In this document: one piece after another, positions 31,771 to 42,493 of the stretch
Layout: each line of letters starts with the position of its first letter
Numbering within the stretch: position 1 is the first letter of the stretch
From: an uncultured virus (IMG/VR IMGVR_UViG_3300044612_002367)
Lineage: Duplodnaviria > Heunggongvirae > Uroviricota > Caudoviricetes
Direction: 5' to 3' (one strand)
IMG/VR virus record: IMGVR_UViG_3300044612_002367
DNA length: 64,000 nucleotides
Program-made: the position numbers and the translations under genes
The notes under the pieces: generated by a model
Told to the model about the DNA's origin: nothing
What the model saw: only the letters and a program-made list of their open reading frames with translations
Databases searched by the model: none

Positions 31771-31977
31771 GGTAAACTACCTATTTTGCCCAGGGGGGTT
31801 TTTTTGTTTATCTTACCTAGATCATCCAGTATATCTAAACCGCGGGGTGGTCCAAAAATAGTAGGCACCACCATATATAATTGGCCAGTTTAATAGCCAT
31901 TTTCCCCATATATAAAAAAAAGAAGAATCCTGCTGCCAGGATCCTTCTTATAAAGAAACTATCTTTTAAACAATATT

Positions 31978-32196
31978 TCAGGCTAATGATACATCATCAA
32001 CCTTCTTATTCTTACATGGTCTGCCCCTGGGCTTTGTTACCCCTAGTTTTCGTCTTTGTCTCCTGATCATAGCTTGACTAATATTTTCCCCCGTCATAGT
32101 TCCTAACTTAGAAGCCAACTCTTTATCTGCTAAAATATTAAGATTATCCTTTATAAACTGAAGTTCAGCATCTGTCCATTTCTTGTATGTGGCCAT
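31978..32196 (-). CDS. Small HTH/Myb-like DNA-binding protein with AT-hook-like tail
   Basis: KKWTDAELQFIKDN...DKELASKL...IRRQRRKLG, KPRGRP; AAGGAG RBS. Confidence 0.6.
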   Translation of the reverse strand: MATYKKWTDAELQFIKDNLNILADKELASKLGTMTGENISQAMIRRQRRKLGVTKPRGRPCKNKKVDDVSLA

Positions 32197-32401
32197 AATG
32201 TTCTCCTTTTGACAAAAAAAGTGTATCAACTACTATATAGTATAGCTTGACCAATTTCCCGCAAGAATAAAATTATGAACACCACCAGTCTTGTACCATG
32301 CATATTAGAGGTAAAAGCTTCAGCCTCTTTACAAGAACAAATAGAAAAAGAACTATTAATTAATGATTCTAATAAAAGCATAGCAAATTTAATAGAAAAT
32401 T

Positions 32402-33046
32402 ATGAAGAAAAAGAAAAACCTCAAAACCAAAACCAAAAAATCCAAAAATAATATAGTTCCTGATGATCAGTTTTTACAAGCTGTTGATAATATTAGCAAA
32501 AAATTAGCCTATAAATTTAAATTTGGATATCATGATCATTCTGATATGAAGCAGCAAATAGCCATATTTGCCCTAGAAGGATTAAAAAACTATGATGGAA
32601 TAAGACCCCTAGAAAACTTTTTATGGACCCACGTTAGAAATCGACTGTTTAATTATAAAAGGGACAACTATCAAAGACCCAACAAACCCTGCTTAACTTG
32701 CCCACTATACGATCCTAATAATCAAACTTCTAAAAGTCAATGTTCCAAATATACTGATAAAAGTGAATGTGATTTATATGCTGGTTGGAGTAAAAGAAAT
32801 ACTACTAAAAAAAATCTAGTATATTTAACGGGAGTAGAGGATTTTTCATTGGTCCCCAAAACACATTCTGTTAATTTCGATAGTTTAGTATCAAACAAAG
32901 AGATACTAGATTTATTAGACTCTGAACTAAGTGGAGAAGAAAGAGAACTATATTTAAAGTTTAGGGGAGGGGCTAAAATAAATAAATCTGATATGAATAA
33001 ATTATTAATTAAAATACGATATATATTAGGAACCTCTAATGGCTAA
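32402..33046 (+). CDS. Phage sigma-70-family-like transcription factor
   Basis: Region-2-like DMKQQIAIFALEGLKNYDGIRPLENFLWTHVRNRLFNYKR, Cys insert, LSGEERELY region-4 start; first large gene of the late module. Confidence 0.6.
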   Translation: MKKKKNLKTKTKKSKNNIVPDDQFLQAVDNISKKLAYKFKFGYHDHSDMKQQIAIFALEGLKNYDGIRPLENFLWTHVRNRLFNYKRDNYQRPNKPCLTCPLYDPNNQTSKSQCSKYTDKSECDLYAGWSKRNTTKKNLVYLTGVEDFSLVPKTHSVNFDSLVSNKEILDLLDSELSGEERELYLKFRGGAKINKSDMNKLLIKIRYILGTSNG

Positions 33047-33854
33047 AAAGCGCGGACAGCTAGCTTTAGATGAAGAAAAATTTATACGTGATAATGTTAA
33101 TACTTTAACTTTAGAACAAATAGCAGACAGTCTCAACAGAAATACTGCCCCCGTCCAAAGATATATAACAGAGCAAAAATTATATACATCATCAGAAGAA
33201 AAAAATGATTATGATATATTAAAACGTAAACTACACAGCAAAAATTTCTGGCCAGAAATACAAAGACAGTTTGATGAAGAAAGCGGAGAGTTAAAATATT
33301 TTGAGGATGTATGGATCAATTTAGTTAAACAATTTAGAGAAGATGTTCTTGCTGCTGAAGAATTACAAATCAAACAATTTATTACCATTGATATTCTTAT
33401 TAATCGAAGTATGAAAGAAAGAAAACGCCATATTAGTGAAACTGAAAAATTACAAAAATTAGTAGACAAAGAATATGAAAAACCCGACGACCAACGGGAT
33501 ATTCCTAAATTGGCCAACCTTGAAACTCAACTAAATTTTTCCCGTAATAGCATAGCTAGTTATACTAATGAGTATACCAAACTGCTTAATGAACAACAAA
33601 AGATTAGTAAAGATCTTAAAGCCACAAGAGAGCAAAGAATCAAAAGAATAGAGGATGGTAAAAGTAGCTGGGTAGGTCTAATAAGAATGCTAGAAGATGA
33701 AGATATTAGAGAAAAAGAAGGTCGTGAAATTGAAATTATTAATATGGCTACAAATAAAGCTAAAACTAAATTATATGATTTACATTCTTATTCTGACGGA
33801 TCAATAGATAACCCTATACTAAATTGTGAATCGGCAAAATCACCAGATGCGTAA
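33039..33854 (+). CDS. HTH plus coiled-coil protein, candidate terminase small subunit
   Basis: N-terminal LTLEQIADSLNR HTH, helical body, upstream of TerL; function inferred from position. Confidence 0.4.
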   Translation: MAKKRGQLALDEEKFIRDNVNTLTLEQIADSLNRNTAPVQRYITEQKLYTSSEEKNDYDILKRKLHSKNFWPEIQRQFDEESGELKYFEDVWINLVKQFREDVLAAEELQIKQFITIDILINRSMKERKRHISETEKLQKLVDKEYEKPDDQRDIPKLANLETQLNFSRNSIASYTNEYTKLLNEQQKISKDLKATREQRIKRIEDGKSSWVGLIRMLEDEDIREKEGREIEIINMATNKAKTKLYDLHSYSDGSIDNPILNCESAKSPDA

Positions 33855-34110
33855 TTTTCAAGATCCTCAATATAAAAAATGGAGAAAATCGATCTATATA
33901 AGAGATAAATTTACTTGCCAATGGCCAGGGTGCTCTTCTAATATAAAATTAAATGCTCACCATATTTACAAATGGTCAGATTTTCCAGGGTTAAGGTTTC
34001 ATCTTAATAACGGTATAACTTTGTGTAAATTTCACCATGATGGTATTAAAGGTTTAGAAGACAGCTATAGTCAATTTTTTAGTAAACTCATTTTAAACAA
34101 GGACAAATAA
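33847..34110 (+). CDS. Small HNH endonuclease
   Basis: WRKSIYIRDKFTCQWPGC...AHHI...NGITLCKFHH. Confidence 0.9.
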   Translation: MRNFQDPQYKKWRKSIYIRDKFTCQWPGCSSNIKLNAHHIYKWSDFPGLRFHLNNGITLCKFHHDGIKGLEDSYSQFFSKLILNKDK

Positions 34111-34111
34111 T

Positions 34112-34714
34112 ATGATCACTTTTAATCCACCAATTACTATAACCCCTCCACCCTACTCGGATAATAGTGGCAATGTAATTTCACCACCGGATATTGTTAT
34201 AGAAAATGTTAATGTCACATATATTGACAACCCTACTGCTAAACTGCTTAATGTGAGAATTGAGCAAATCCCCATTCTTATACAATTATATAGTGGTGAT
34301 GAATATGATACTGTTGGAGACTGGACACAATCTCAAGCAGAAGATAAACTAAGAGAAAAACTAGGAGATCATCCGGCTATCTTTTTAAGATCATTATTCC
34401 CCAAAACAATGGAAGAAGATCCTAATGGTCCAGGCACAGTACTAAGCAAAATGATTAAAAGCTTAGGCATAGTAATGAGTGATAACTGTTCTTGCAGACG
34501 ACATGCTTTAGAAATGAATGAAAAGGGTAATGATTGGTGTGAGCAAAATATTGATACTGTTGTTGGTTGGTTAAGAGAAGAAGCTAAAAGAAGAGGTTTG
34601 CCATTTGTTGATATGATTGGCAAAGTTATGGTCAATAGGTCGATTAAAAAATCTCGCAAGCTATTAGCTAATCAACCAGTACCAGACAACGACGAAGATT
34701 TAGACCAAGAATGA
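34112..34714 (+). CDS. Hypothetical protein
   Basis: 200-aa ORF in the packaging operon; GPGTVL..CSC motif. Confidence 0.7.
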   Translation: MITFNPPITITPPPYSDNSGNVISPPDIVIENVNVTYIDNPTAKLLNVRIEQIPILIQLYSGDEYDTVGDWTQSQAEDKLREKLGDHPAIFLRSLFPKTMEEDPNGPGTVLSKMIKSLGIVMSDNCSCRRHALEMNEKGNDWCEQNIDTVVGWLREEAKRRGLPFVDMIGKVMVNRSIKKSRKLLANQPVPDNDEDLDQE

Positions 34715-35187
34715 TAGAAGACGATTTTACCGTTATTATAGATACCAGAGAACAACTTCCGTGGGAGTTTGGGCTTCATACCACGGCCAAAAAGAAGCTC
34801 GATACTGGTGACTATAGTATAGAAGGATTAGAACATCTTTTATGTATTGAAAGAAAAAAAAGCGTTTCAGAAATAGCTAATAATATATCGGAAAAACGCT
34901 TTAAAGATGTTTTAGAACGCATGAGTAAAATGACATATCCTTTTATGTTATTTGAATTTGATTTGGAGGATATTTACTCTTTTCCTGTTGGTTCTGATAT
35001 TCCTAAAAAATTATGGGATAGCTTAAAAATATCTGCTAATTATATATTGAAATATATTACTCTTATACAATTAAACTATGGTGTACATATTCTATTCTGT
35101 GGCGGACCAGAAAATGCAGAAAAAATGGCAGTATCAATAATGAAAAGAGTTTATGAAAAACACAGAGATCAGCAAAACACTATTTGA
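34711..35187 (+). CDS. ERCC4/XPF-type nuclease domain protein
   Basis: IIDTREQ, LDTGDYS and CIERKKS..E motifs. Confidence 0.85.
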   Translation: MIEDDFTVIIDTREQLPWEFGLHTTAKKKLDTGDYSIEGLEHLLCIERKKSVSEIANNISEKRFKDVLERMSKMTYPFMLFEFDLEDIYSFPVGSDIPKKLWDSLKISANYILKYITLIQLNYGVHILFCGGPENAEKMAVSIMKRVYEKHRDQQNTI

Positions 35188-37186
35188 TGATGCTTGGTTA
35201 GATCTGGGAGATTTATCTCTCTTATCTGTGTCTAAAAATCTGATGATTAAGAGGAGTAAACAGGATATTGAGTATCCTGATTTGCACCTTATGAGAATAC
35301 TCAGACAGCCTGAAAACTTTGGTTTTACATGTAAGTTATTATTTGATATTGAATTACATCCTATTCAAATAGCTATTTTACAAGAATTTTGGATAAGACC
35401 ATTTCCAATGTTTATTGCTAGTCGTGGATTTGGTAAAAGCTTTTTAATGGCCTTATACTGCGTACTAAGGTGTATATTTACCCCTGGTACTAAAATAGTA
35501 GTAGTAGGTGCTGCTTTTAGACAAAGTAAATTAGTTTTCGAATATATGGAAACTATATGGAGGAATAGCGCTATTCTCAGAAGTATATTTAATGGTAATG
35601 ATGATGGCCCACGCAGAGATGTTGATAGATGCACAATGAGACTGGGCGAGAGTTGGACAATCGCTGTTCCAATGGGTGATGGTAGTAAAATTAGAGGTTT
35701 AAGAGCACATATTATCATTGCCGACGAATTTGCATCAATTTCACCAGATATTTATGAAACTGTAGTATCAGGGTTTGCCGCAGTATCAGCCAATCCTATT
35801 CAGAATGTTAAAGAAGAAGCTAAAAAAAGCGCTATGACAGCTGCGGGGTTATGGAATGATCAATTAGAAGAAATACAAATTAAAAAGGGTAATCAGGCAA
35901 TTATCGCTGGAACAGCAGACTATAGCTTCAAACACTTTGCTCAATACTGGAGAAGATATAAAGATATAATAAATACTCGCGGGGATAAGCACAAACTAGA
36001 AGAAATTTTTAAGGGAGAAGTTCCAGAAAGTTTTAATTGGAAAGACTATAGTATTATTAGAATACCATACGAACTAATCCCTAAAGGATTCATGGATGAT
36101 AAACAAGTAAGTAGAGCAAAAGCAACCATCCACACGGGCATATATAACATGGAATACGCTGCTTGTTTTACTGCTGATAGTGATGGTTTTTTTAAGAGAA
36201 GCTTAATAGAAAGTTGTGTTGCTAATGAAGGCAAGCCCATAATTGTAAATGGTAACACCGTTTTGTTTGATGTATCCACAAAAGGCAATCCAGATTTACA
36301 ATATGTTTATGGAATTGATCCAGCATCAGAAAAAGATAATTTTAGCATAGTGGTTTTAGAACTTCATAAAGACCACTCTCGAATTGTATATTGTTGGACA
36401 ACCAATCGTAATAATTTTAAGAATCGACAAAAAACCGGCTTGGTTAATGAGCATGATTTTTATGGATTTTGTGCTAGAAAAATAAGAAATCTAATGAAAA
36501 TATTCCCCACATCAGCCATAGGGCTCGATGCTCAAGGAGGCGGCGTAGCTATAGAAGAGGCCCTACACGACCCTGCCAAATTAGAAGATGGTGAACACCT
36601 TATATGGCCAATTGTAGAAGATAAACCCAAAGATACTGATACTCAAACCGGATTACATATTTTACACCTTATACAGTTTGCTAGAGCTGATTGGACCAGT
36701 CAAGCTAATCATGGATTGCGAAAAGATTTAGAAGATAAGGTATTACTATTTCCTAGATTTGATCAATTAAGTTTAGCTTTGGCATTGGATAAAGAAAACA
36801 AAGATATTATGGAAACTAGCTTTGATAATTTATATGACAGCGAAAGTGAATGCATTTTAGAAATAGAAGAACTTAAAAATGAATTAACTACTATAGTAAT
36901 GAGTCAAACAAGTACCGGCCCTAATGCAAGAGATCGATGGGATACCCCAGATGTTAAATTACCAAACGGTAAAAAGGGTAAGTTAAGAAAAGATAGATAT
37001 AGTGCTTTATTAATAGCTAATATGTTAGCGAGGCAAATGTTTAGAGGATTACAACCAATCGAGTATGATATTATTGGATCAAATCTTAGGGTGTCTCCTA
37101 ATGAACACTCCGGAAATTTATATAAAGGACCAAGCTGGTTCACAGAAGCGGCCAATAATGATATTTATAAAGGTATTTATCGTTAA
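35153..37186 (+). CDS. terL: Terminase large subunit
   Basis: HPIQ Q-motif, Walker A ASRGFGKS, Walker B IIIADEF, nuclease YGIDPA and terminal KDRYSA. Confidence 0.92.
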   Translation: MKNTEISKTLFDDAWLDLGDLSLLSVSKNLMIKRSKQDIEYPDLHLMRILRQPENFGFTCKLLFDIELHPIQIAILQEFWIRPFPMFIASRGFGKSFLMALYCVLRCIFTPGTKIVVVGAAFRQSKLVFEYMETIWRNSAILRSIFNGNDDGPRRDVDRCTMRLGESWTIAVPMGDGSKIRGLRAHIIIADEFASISPDIYETVVSGFAAVSANPIQNVKEEAKKSAMTAAGLWNDQLEEIQIKKGNQAIIAGTADYSFKHFAQYWRRYKDIINTRGDKHKLEEIFKGEVPESFNWKDYSIIRIPYELIPKGFMDDKQVSRAKATIHTGIYNMEYAACFTADSDGFFKRSLIESCVANEGKPIIVNGNTVLFDVSTKGNPDLQYVYGIDPASEKDNFSIVVLELHKDHSRIVYCWTTNRNNFKNRQKTGLVNEHDFYGFCARKIRNLMKIFPTSAIGLDAQGGGVAIEEALHDPAKLEDGEHLIWPIVEDKPKDTDTQTGLHILHLIQFARADWTSQANHGLRKDLEDKVLLFPRFDQLSLALALDKENKDIMETSFDNLYDSESECILEIEELKNELTTIVMSQTSTGPNARDRWDTPDVKLPNGKKGKLRKDRYSALLIANMLARQMFRGLQPIEYDIIGSNLRVSPNEHSGNLYKGPSWFTEAANNDIYKGIYR

Positions 37187-37235
37187 TTTGTGTATATTAT
37201 AATAAAACTATTACCAATACTATTACAATACTATT

Positions 37236-39416
37236 ATGTCTAAAAAATATCCTCGAAGTGAAGCTACAGAAAATAAAATATTAGGCCAAGATGCTTATGT
37301 TACATGGAATGATAATGATTTGGTAGCCAAACAGGAATCTCTTAAAGAAGCCTCTAAAGCTCTTGATGAATTCGGAGGCTTTCATAGAAGTACAGCAAAT
37401 AGCAGTTTATATAGAGATTTTTCTAGATTGCTTCCTAATGTTTCTGGTAGACCAGGCTTAACCAGATCAGATTATGACTATTTTAGGCCAGACGAAGCTG
37501 TTCCAAGAGAAATTAAACAAATCTTCATGGCAGCTAATGATGTTTATAGTAGGGTAGGGTTGGTCAAAAATGTTATAGATTTGATGGGCGATTTTGCTTG
37601 CCAAGGTATAAGACTAGCACACCCAAATAAACGTATAGAAAAATTTTATCGTAATTGGTTTGATAAGGTCAGAGGAGAGGATAGGTCAGAAAGATTTCTT
37701 AATAATCTTTATAAGTGTGGTAATATTGTTATTAATAGACAAACCGCAAAAATTAGTGTTAAAGTTGCAGATAATCTTTACAGAACCATAGCTAGTCCTG
37801 ATTTAGTTATCAACGGTGATGAAATAAAAGTAGAGAAGAGAGAAATACCATGGAGATATACATTCATAGACCCTACTTATGTTGATATTGTTGGCGGATC
37901 ATTATCTTCATTTGTTAGTAAAAAAACTTATGCCATAAGCATGCCGCCATCTCTTCGTAAACTTATTAATAGTCCTAAAACACCAGAAGAAAAAAATATT
38001 ATTGATCAATTGCCACCTCAATTAATAGAAGCAGCTAAATCTAAAAAAGCATATGGTCTTGATCCAGATAAAACACTAGTCTTTCACTACAAAAAAGACG
38101 ACTGGCAAATTTGGGCATATCCTATGATTTATGCTATTATGGATGATATCAATGTTATTGAAAAACTAAAACTTGCAGATTTAGCGGCTTTAGATGGTGC
38201 TATATCAAATATTAGAATTTTTAAACTTGGCAGTCTAGAGCATAAAATAGCACCAACAGCAGCAGCAGCTTCTAAGCTAGGAGATATTCTACAGAATAAC
38301 GTTGGTGGTGGCACAATGGATATAGTTTGGGGTCCAGATATTGAACTTTTACAATCTAATACTAATGTTCATCAATTTTTAGGAGAAGGTAAATATACTC
38401 CTCATTTGAATAGTATTTATGCAGGATTAGGAATTCCTCCAACTCTAACAGGAACCTATGGCGCTGCTGGTACTACCAATAATTTCATCTCCTTAAAAAC
38501 ACTAACACAAAGACTAGAATATGGTCGTAAAGTACTAATTAATTTTTGGAAACATGAAATAGCAATAGTACAAAAAGCTATGGGTTTTAAGTATCCAGCT
38601 AAAATAGAATTTGATAAAATGGATCTTAGTAATGAAGATGCTGAAAAAGCACTATTAGTTCAGTTAGCAGATAGAAATCTTATCAGCGATGAGATGTTGC
38701 AGAAAATGTTTGGTTTTGATCCAGAAATGGAAAAGAGTAGATTAAATAGAGAAAACAAAGATAGAGAGAATGAGAGAATGGTTCCAAAAGCTGGTCCATG
38801 GTATGATCCTCAAACTGAAGAAGGTCTTAAGAAAATTGCTTTGCAAACAGGATTAGCAACACCTAGTCAGGTAGACTTAGAATTAAAACCCAAAAAGAAA
38901 AATGAACAAAGTTTATTAGATATGAAAGTAAATACTTCACCACAATCATCACAGCCTCCGGCTGGTGGAGTTCCTGGGCAGGGTAGGCCAAAAAACACTA
39001 AAGATGCTGAACAGCGTAAAACTAAAAAATTTGCTCCACAAACAGGAGCTTCTTTGCAGTTGTGGGCCTTAGAAGCTCAAGAAAAGATAGCAGAAGCTGT
39101 TAATCCTTTGTTAATAGATTTTTATAACAAAAAAAATATGAGAAGTTTATCCAATGAAGAATATTCAGAAGCAGAAAATATTAAAACTAAAATATTATTA
39201 TCTATAAGTCCTTTTGCTGCTATTACTGAAGAGACACTAATGGCGAAGCTCAATACTATCAATAGTATTGATTGCACACTAAAATTTTCTGAATATAAAA
39301 AATGGTTTGCAGATATCAGCCAATCTCTTAATAAATCATTATCGGCCGAAGAACAAAAACATATGAAAGCCTATTTTTATAGTATGGTGTATTCAAATAT
39401 TGAAAATGACCAATAA
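37236..39416 (+). CDS. Portal protein
   Basis: 726 aa directly after TerL; IYAGLGIPPTL portal-like motif; mostly positional. Confidence 0.8.
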   Translation: MSKKYPRSEATENKILGQDAYVTWNDNDLVAKQESLKEASKALDEFGGFHRSTANSSLYRDFSRLLPNVSGRPGLTRSDYDYFRPDEAVPREIKQIFMAANDVYSRVGLVKNVIDLMGDFACQGIRLAHPNKRIEKFYRNWFDKVRGEDRSERFLNNLYKCGNIVINRQTAKISVKVADNLYRTIASPDLVINGDEIKVEKREIPWRYTFIDPTYVDIVGGSLSSFVSKKTYAISMPPSLRKLINSPKTPEEKNIIDQLPPQLIEAAKSKKAYGLDPDKTLVFHYKKDDWQIWAYPMIYAIMDDINVIEKLKLADLAALDGAISNIRIFKLGSLEHKIAPTAAAASKLGDILQNNVGGGTMDIVWGPDIELLQSNTNVHQFLGEGKYTPHLNSIYAGLGIPPTLTGTYGAAGTTNNFISLKTLTQRLEYGRKVLINFWKHEIAIVQKAMGFKYPAKIEFDKMDLSNEDAEKALLVQLADRNLISDEMLQKMFGFDPEMEKSRLNRENKDRENERMVPKAGPWYDPQTEEGLKKIALQTGLATPSQVDLELKPKKKNEQSLLDMKVNTSPQSSQPPAGGVPGQGRPKNTKDAEQRKTKKFAPQTGASLQLWALEAQEKIAEAVNPLLIDFYNKKNMRSLSNEEYSEAENIKTKILLSISPFAAITEETLMAKLNTINSIDCTLKFSEYKKWFADISQSLNKSLSAEEQKHMKAYFYSMVYSNIENDQ

Positions 39417-39432
39417 GTTGGAGATATTATAA

Positions 39433-40905
39433 ATGCATATTTTTAATGCCGAAAAACTCGATGGTATAGAAGATTCAATATTATCAAAAGCCGCCATATC
39501 CTACGCATCTCTTGCTCAACCATCAGAAATATCTTTGTCTAACAAAATCAAAGAAATTAAAGCTTTGGCTTCGTTAGAAGATCAAGATTTATACTATGTA
39601 CAATCGATTTTAGTAACATCATCATGGAATAAAAATGATGATATTTTTGATTCTAAAGAAATATGGTTGGCTAGAAATACTCCTTCTCATAAACCAACTA
39701 ATTTAGAACACAACGAACACGATATTATTGGTCATATAACAGCTAATTGGCCAATGACAGATGATGGAATATTAATAGATGATAATACTCCAGTAGATAA
39801 TTTACCAGAAAAATACCATATCGTTACAGGATCTGTAATATATACCGGATTTTCTGATGCAGAATTAAGGGAAAGATCTAAAGTTTTAATAGCAGAAATA
39901 GAAGAAGGTAATAAGTATGTTAGTATGGAATGCTATTTTAAAGGATTTGATTATGGGCTATTCAATAAGACAAGTGGAGAATATAAAGTTCTACCAAGAG
40001 TAGAAGATACCGCCCACCTAACGAAATATTTAAGAGCATATGGTGGTATGGGTGAACACGAAAACTATAAAATAGGAAGAGTTTTGAGACAAATTACCTT
40101 TTCTGGAAAAGGTTTTGTTAATAAGCCAGCCAACCCAGAAAGTGTTATTTTTACGAAAGATTCTATGAAAAATTTTGACGATTCCGATAATAATAAAATT
40201 ATTCACAACGAAAAAAAGACGGTTTCTGAAATAATAGGTGTATTTTCTAATAAAGCCAACCTAAAGGAGATGAATATGAATTCACAAGCTGAAACAGAGA
40301 CAAAGAACTGCGACGAAGCACAGGCTTCAGTATCTAGTCTCTCAGAAAAAACAACACAACTAGAGACAGCACTTCAAGAAGCTCAGGCCACAATCGAAAG
40401 TCTAACTTCTGAAAAGTCAACAGTTGAGTCAACCCTCTCTGCTCAAGCAGAAGAAATCAAATCTCTCAAGTCGGCTTTAGAAACTGCTAATGAAGTATTA
40501 GCCGGTTATAAAGCTAAAGAAGAAGAAATGATGAAAAAAGAAAAGAAAATGAAAAGAGCATCAGCACTAATCGCTAGTGGTCTTACTACAGAAGTAGCAG
40601 AAGCCACAGTTGAAAAGTTTGATTCTCTAGATGATACAGCTTTCGAAGCGGTAACATCCCTTCTCGCTGCTAAAAAAGCAGATATGAAATCTTCAATGGA
40701 AGAAAAAGAAGAAGAAGATATGGAAGAAAAAGATACAAAAGCTTCTACTAAAGTAGATTCTTCAGCTTTAGAAAACGTTGAGGTTGAGCAAGAAATCGAT
40801 CTAAGTGTTGGTGGTAACGCCTCCACAGAAGTCGAAAATACAAGAGCAGCTTTAGTTGATTTTGTTTATAATAGACTAGGTAAAAAACTTAATAAGGGGG
40901 AGTGA
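39433..40905 (+). CDS. Prohead protease with C-terminal coiled-coil scaffold region
   Basis: NKNDDIF, NLEH..IIGH, VSMEC and FSGKGFVNKPANPES protease-type motifs; Glu/Ala/Lys coiled coil after ~aa 280. Confidence 0.75.
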   Translation: MHIFNAEKLDGIEDSILSKAAISYASLAQPSEISLSNKIKEIKALASLEDQDLYYVQSILVTSSWNKNDDIFDSKEIWLARNTPSHKPTNLEHNEHDIIGHITANWPMTDDGILIDDNTPVDNLPEKYHIVTGSVIYTGFSDAELRERSKVLIAEIEEGNKYVSMECYFKGFDYGLFNKTSGEYKVLPRVEDTAHLTKYLRAYGGMGEHENYKIGRVLRQITFSGKGFVNKPANPESVIFTKDSMKNFDDSDNNKIIHNEKKTVSEIIGVFSNKANLKEMNMNSQAETETKNCDEAQASVSSLSEKTTQLETALQEAQATIESLTSEKSTVESTLSAQAEEIKSLKSALETANEVLAGYKAKEEEMMKKEKKMKRASALIASGLTTEVAEATVEKFDSLDDTAFEAVTSLLAAKKADMKSSMEEKEEEDMEEKDTKASTKVDSSALENVEVEQEIDLSVGGNASTEVENTRAALVDFVYNRLGKKLNKGE

Positions 40906-40907
40906 AC

Positions 40908-41363
40908 ATGGCGTTAAAACCAGATCGTATCGAATCATACACAGACATCTCTTTCTTCTGCAACTCTGTTGCTGAAAGAGGCGGTATCGTAGTACACGTA
41001 ACCAGTGGTAGTGGAGTAAGTATGGATGATGCCCTAGCAGCTGTTGCTTATCCAACATCTAATACAGGCACCAAGCCAGCTGGTCTTCTACTAAATGATG
41101 TTGTTAATCTTGATCTTACAAGACAACACATCAACTGGCATAAAGACGAGGTTCAGGTCGGTAGTAAAGTAACACTATTACGTCAAGGTCAAGTTGTAAC
41201 CAATATGGTTGCTTCTGGTGTTACTCCAGCTGCCGGTGCTGATGCTTACTATGATAATATCGGTAAGCTTACCACAGTCGCAACAAACAGCGTTAAGGTA
41301 GGTCGTTTTCTTAGCGGCAAAGATGCTGACGGTTACGTTAAAGTAGACATCAATATTACATGA
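40908..41363 (+). CDS. Head decoration/capsid cement protein
   Basis: ~150-aa beta-rich protein between scaffold and MCP; strong RBS. Confidence 0.6.
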   Translation: MALKPDRIESYTDISFFCNSVAERGGIVVHVTSGSGVSMDDALAAVAYPTSNTGTKPAGLLLNDVVNLDLTRQHINWHKDEVQVGSKVTLLRQGQVVTNMVASGVTPAAGADAYYDNIGKLTTVATNSVKVGRFLSGKDADGYVKVDINIT

Positions 41364-41377
41364 TAAGGGAGAAAAAT

Positions 41378-42382
41378 ATGGCTAATAAAAGATTCGAAGC
41401 AACACCTGAGTTAACAGATCTACTTGTTCGCTCTGGTTCAGTTGAAAAAGAGCAGGCTCTTGCCGCCAGCGCAGAATTTGCTAAGGCACTTGAGCTTCCT
41501 CTTCGTCAGGGTGTTTTAAATGGTGATATTCTAGACGGCATCTACGAACCAATCGTACTACAACAAGGTGCTACTCCAGAATTTCCACTAGATTTCGTAG
41601 CTCCTGGTACAGAAAAAGACTTTGTGGCTTATACTATTCCAAATCATGGCTATATTCCACAACGTCATGTTGAAGGCGACTACGTAATGGTTCCAACCTA
41701 TGACATTGGGGCATCAATAGATTATCTATTAAAATATGCTCGTGATGCTCGTTGGGACGTTGTTGGTCGTGCTATGGAAGTACTAGAAGCTCAATTCGTC
41801 AAGAAGATGAATGATGATGGTTGGCACACCCTACTAGCTGCTGGCACTGATCGTAATATCGTTGTATACGATAGCGATGCTAGTAATGGCTTATTTACCA
41901 AGAGGCTTGTTAGTCTTATGAAAACAGTTATGAGACGTAACGGTGGTGGTAATAGCGCTAGTAATAATCGTGGTATGCTAACAGATCTATACGTTTCTCC
42001 AGAAGCTATGGAAGACATTCGCAGTTGGGGTATCGATCAGATCGACGAAGTTACTCGTCGTGAGATCTATCTCGCCGCTGATGGTTCTGTTAATCGTGTT
42101 TTTGGTGTCAATCTTCATGATCTAGACGAACTAGGTGAAGGTCAACAGTATCAACTATTCTACAGTAATGTTCTAAACGGAACACTACCAAATAATAAGT
42201 CTGAACTAGTTGTTGGTCTTGATCTACGCAAGAGAGACAGCTTCATAATGCCAGTTCGTGCTCAAGTCCAAATTTTTGAAGATGATACTCTTCATCGTCA
42301 AAAGAGAGCTGGTTTTTACGGGTGGGGTGAACAAGGCTTTGCTGTTCTCGACAACCGCAGAGTAATTCTTGGTGCTCTCTGA
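41378..42382 (+). CDS. Major capsid protein (HK97 fold)
   Basis: 334 aa, position, strong RBS, biased codon usage, followed by a terminator. Confidence 0.8.
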   Translation: MANKRFEATPELTDLLVRSGSVEKEQALAASAEFAKALELPLRQGVLNGDILDGIYEPIVLQQGATPEFPLDFVAPGTEKDFVAYTIPNHGYIPQRHVEGDYVMVPTYDIGASIDYLLKYARDARWDVVGRAMEVLEAQFVKKMNDDGWHTLLAAGTDRNIVVYDSDASNGLFTKRLVSLMKTVMRRNGGGNSASNNRGMLTDLYVSPEAMEDIRSWGIDQIDEVTRREIYLAADGSVNRVFGVNLHDLDELGEGQQYQLFYSNVLNGTLPNNKSELVVGLDLRKRDSFIMPVRAQVQIFEDDTLHRQKRAGFYGWGEQGFAVLDNRRVILGAL

Positions 42383-42410
42383 TCCATAGATTATAGTTTA
42401 TACCTTAAAG

Positions 42411-42439
42411 AAAGGCTGGCCTAGTGTCAGCCTTTTTTT
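42411..42439 (+). terminator. Intrinsic terminator after MCP
   Basis: AAAGGCTGGC-CTAGT-GTCAGCCTTT followed by a T run. Confidence 0.85.
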
Positions 42440-42493
42440 ATAGGTGTATATATAATTTGGTATAATATACAAATTTAATCTAGGAACTATACT

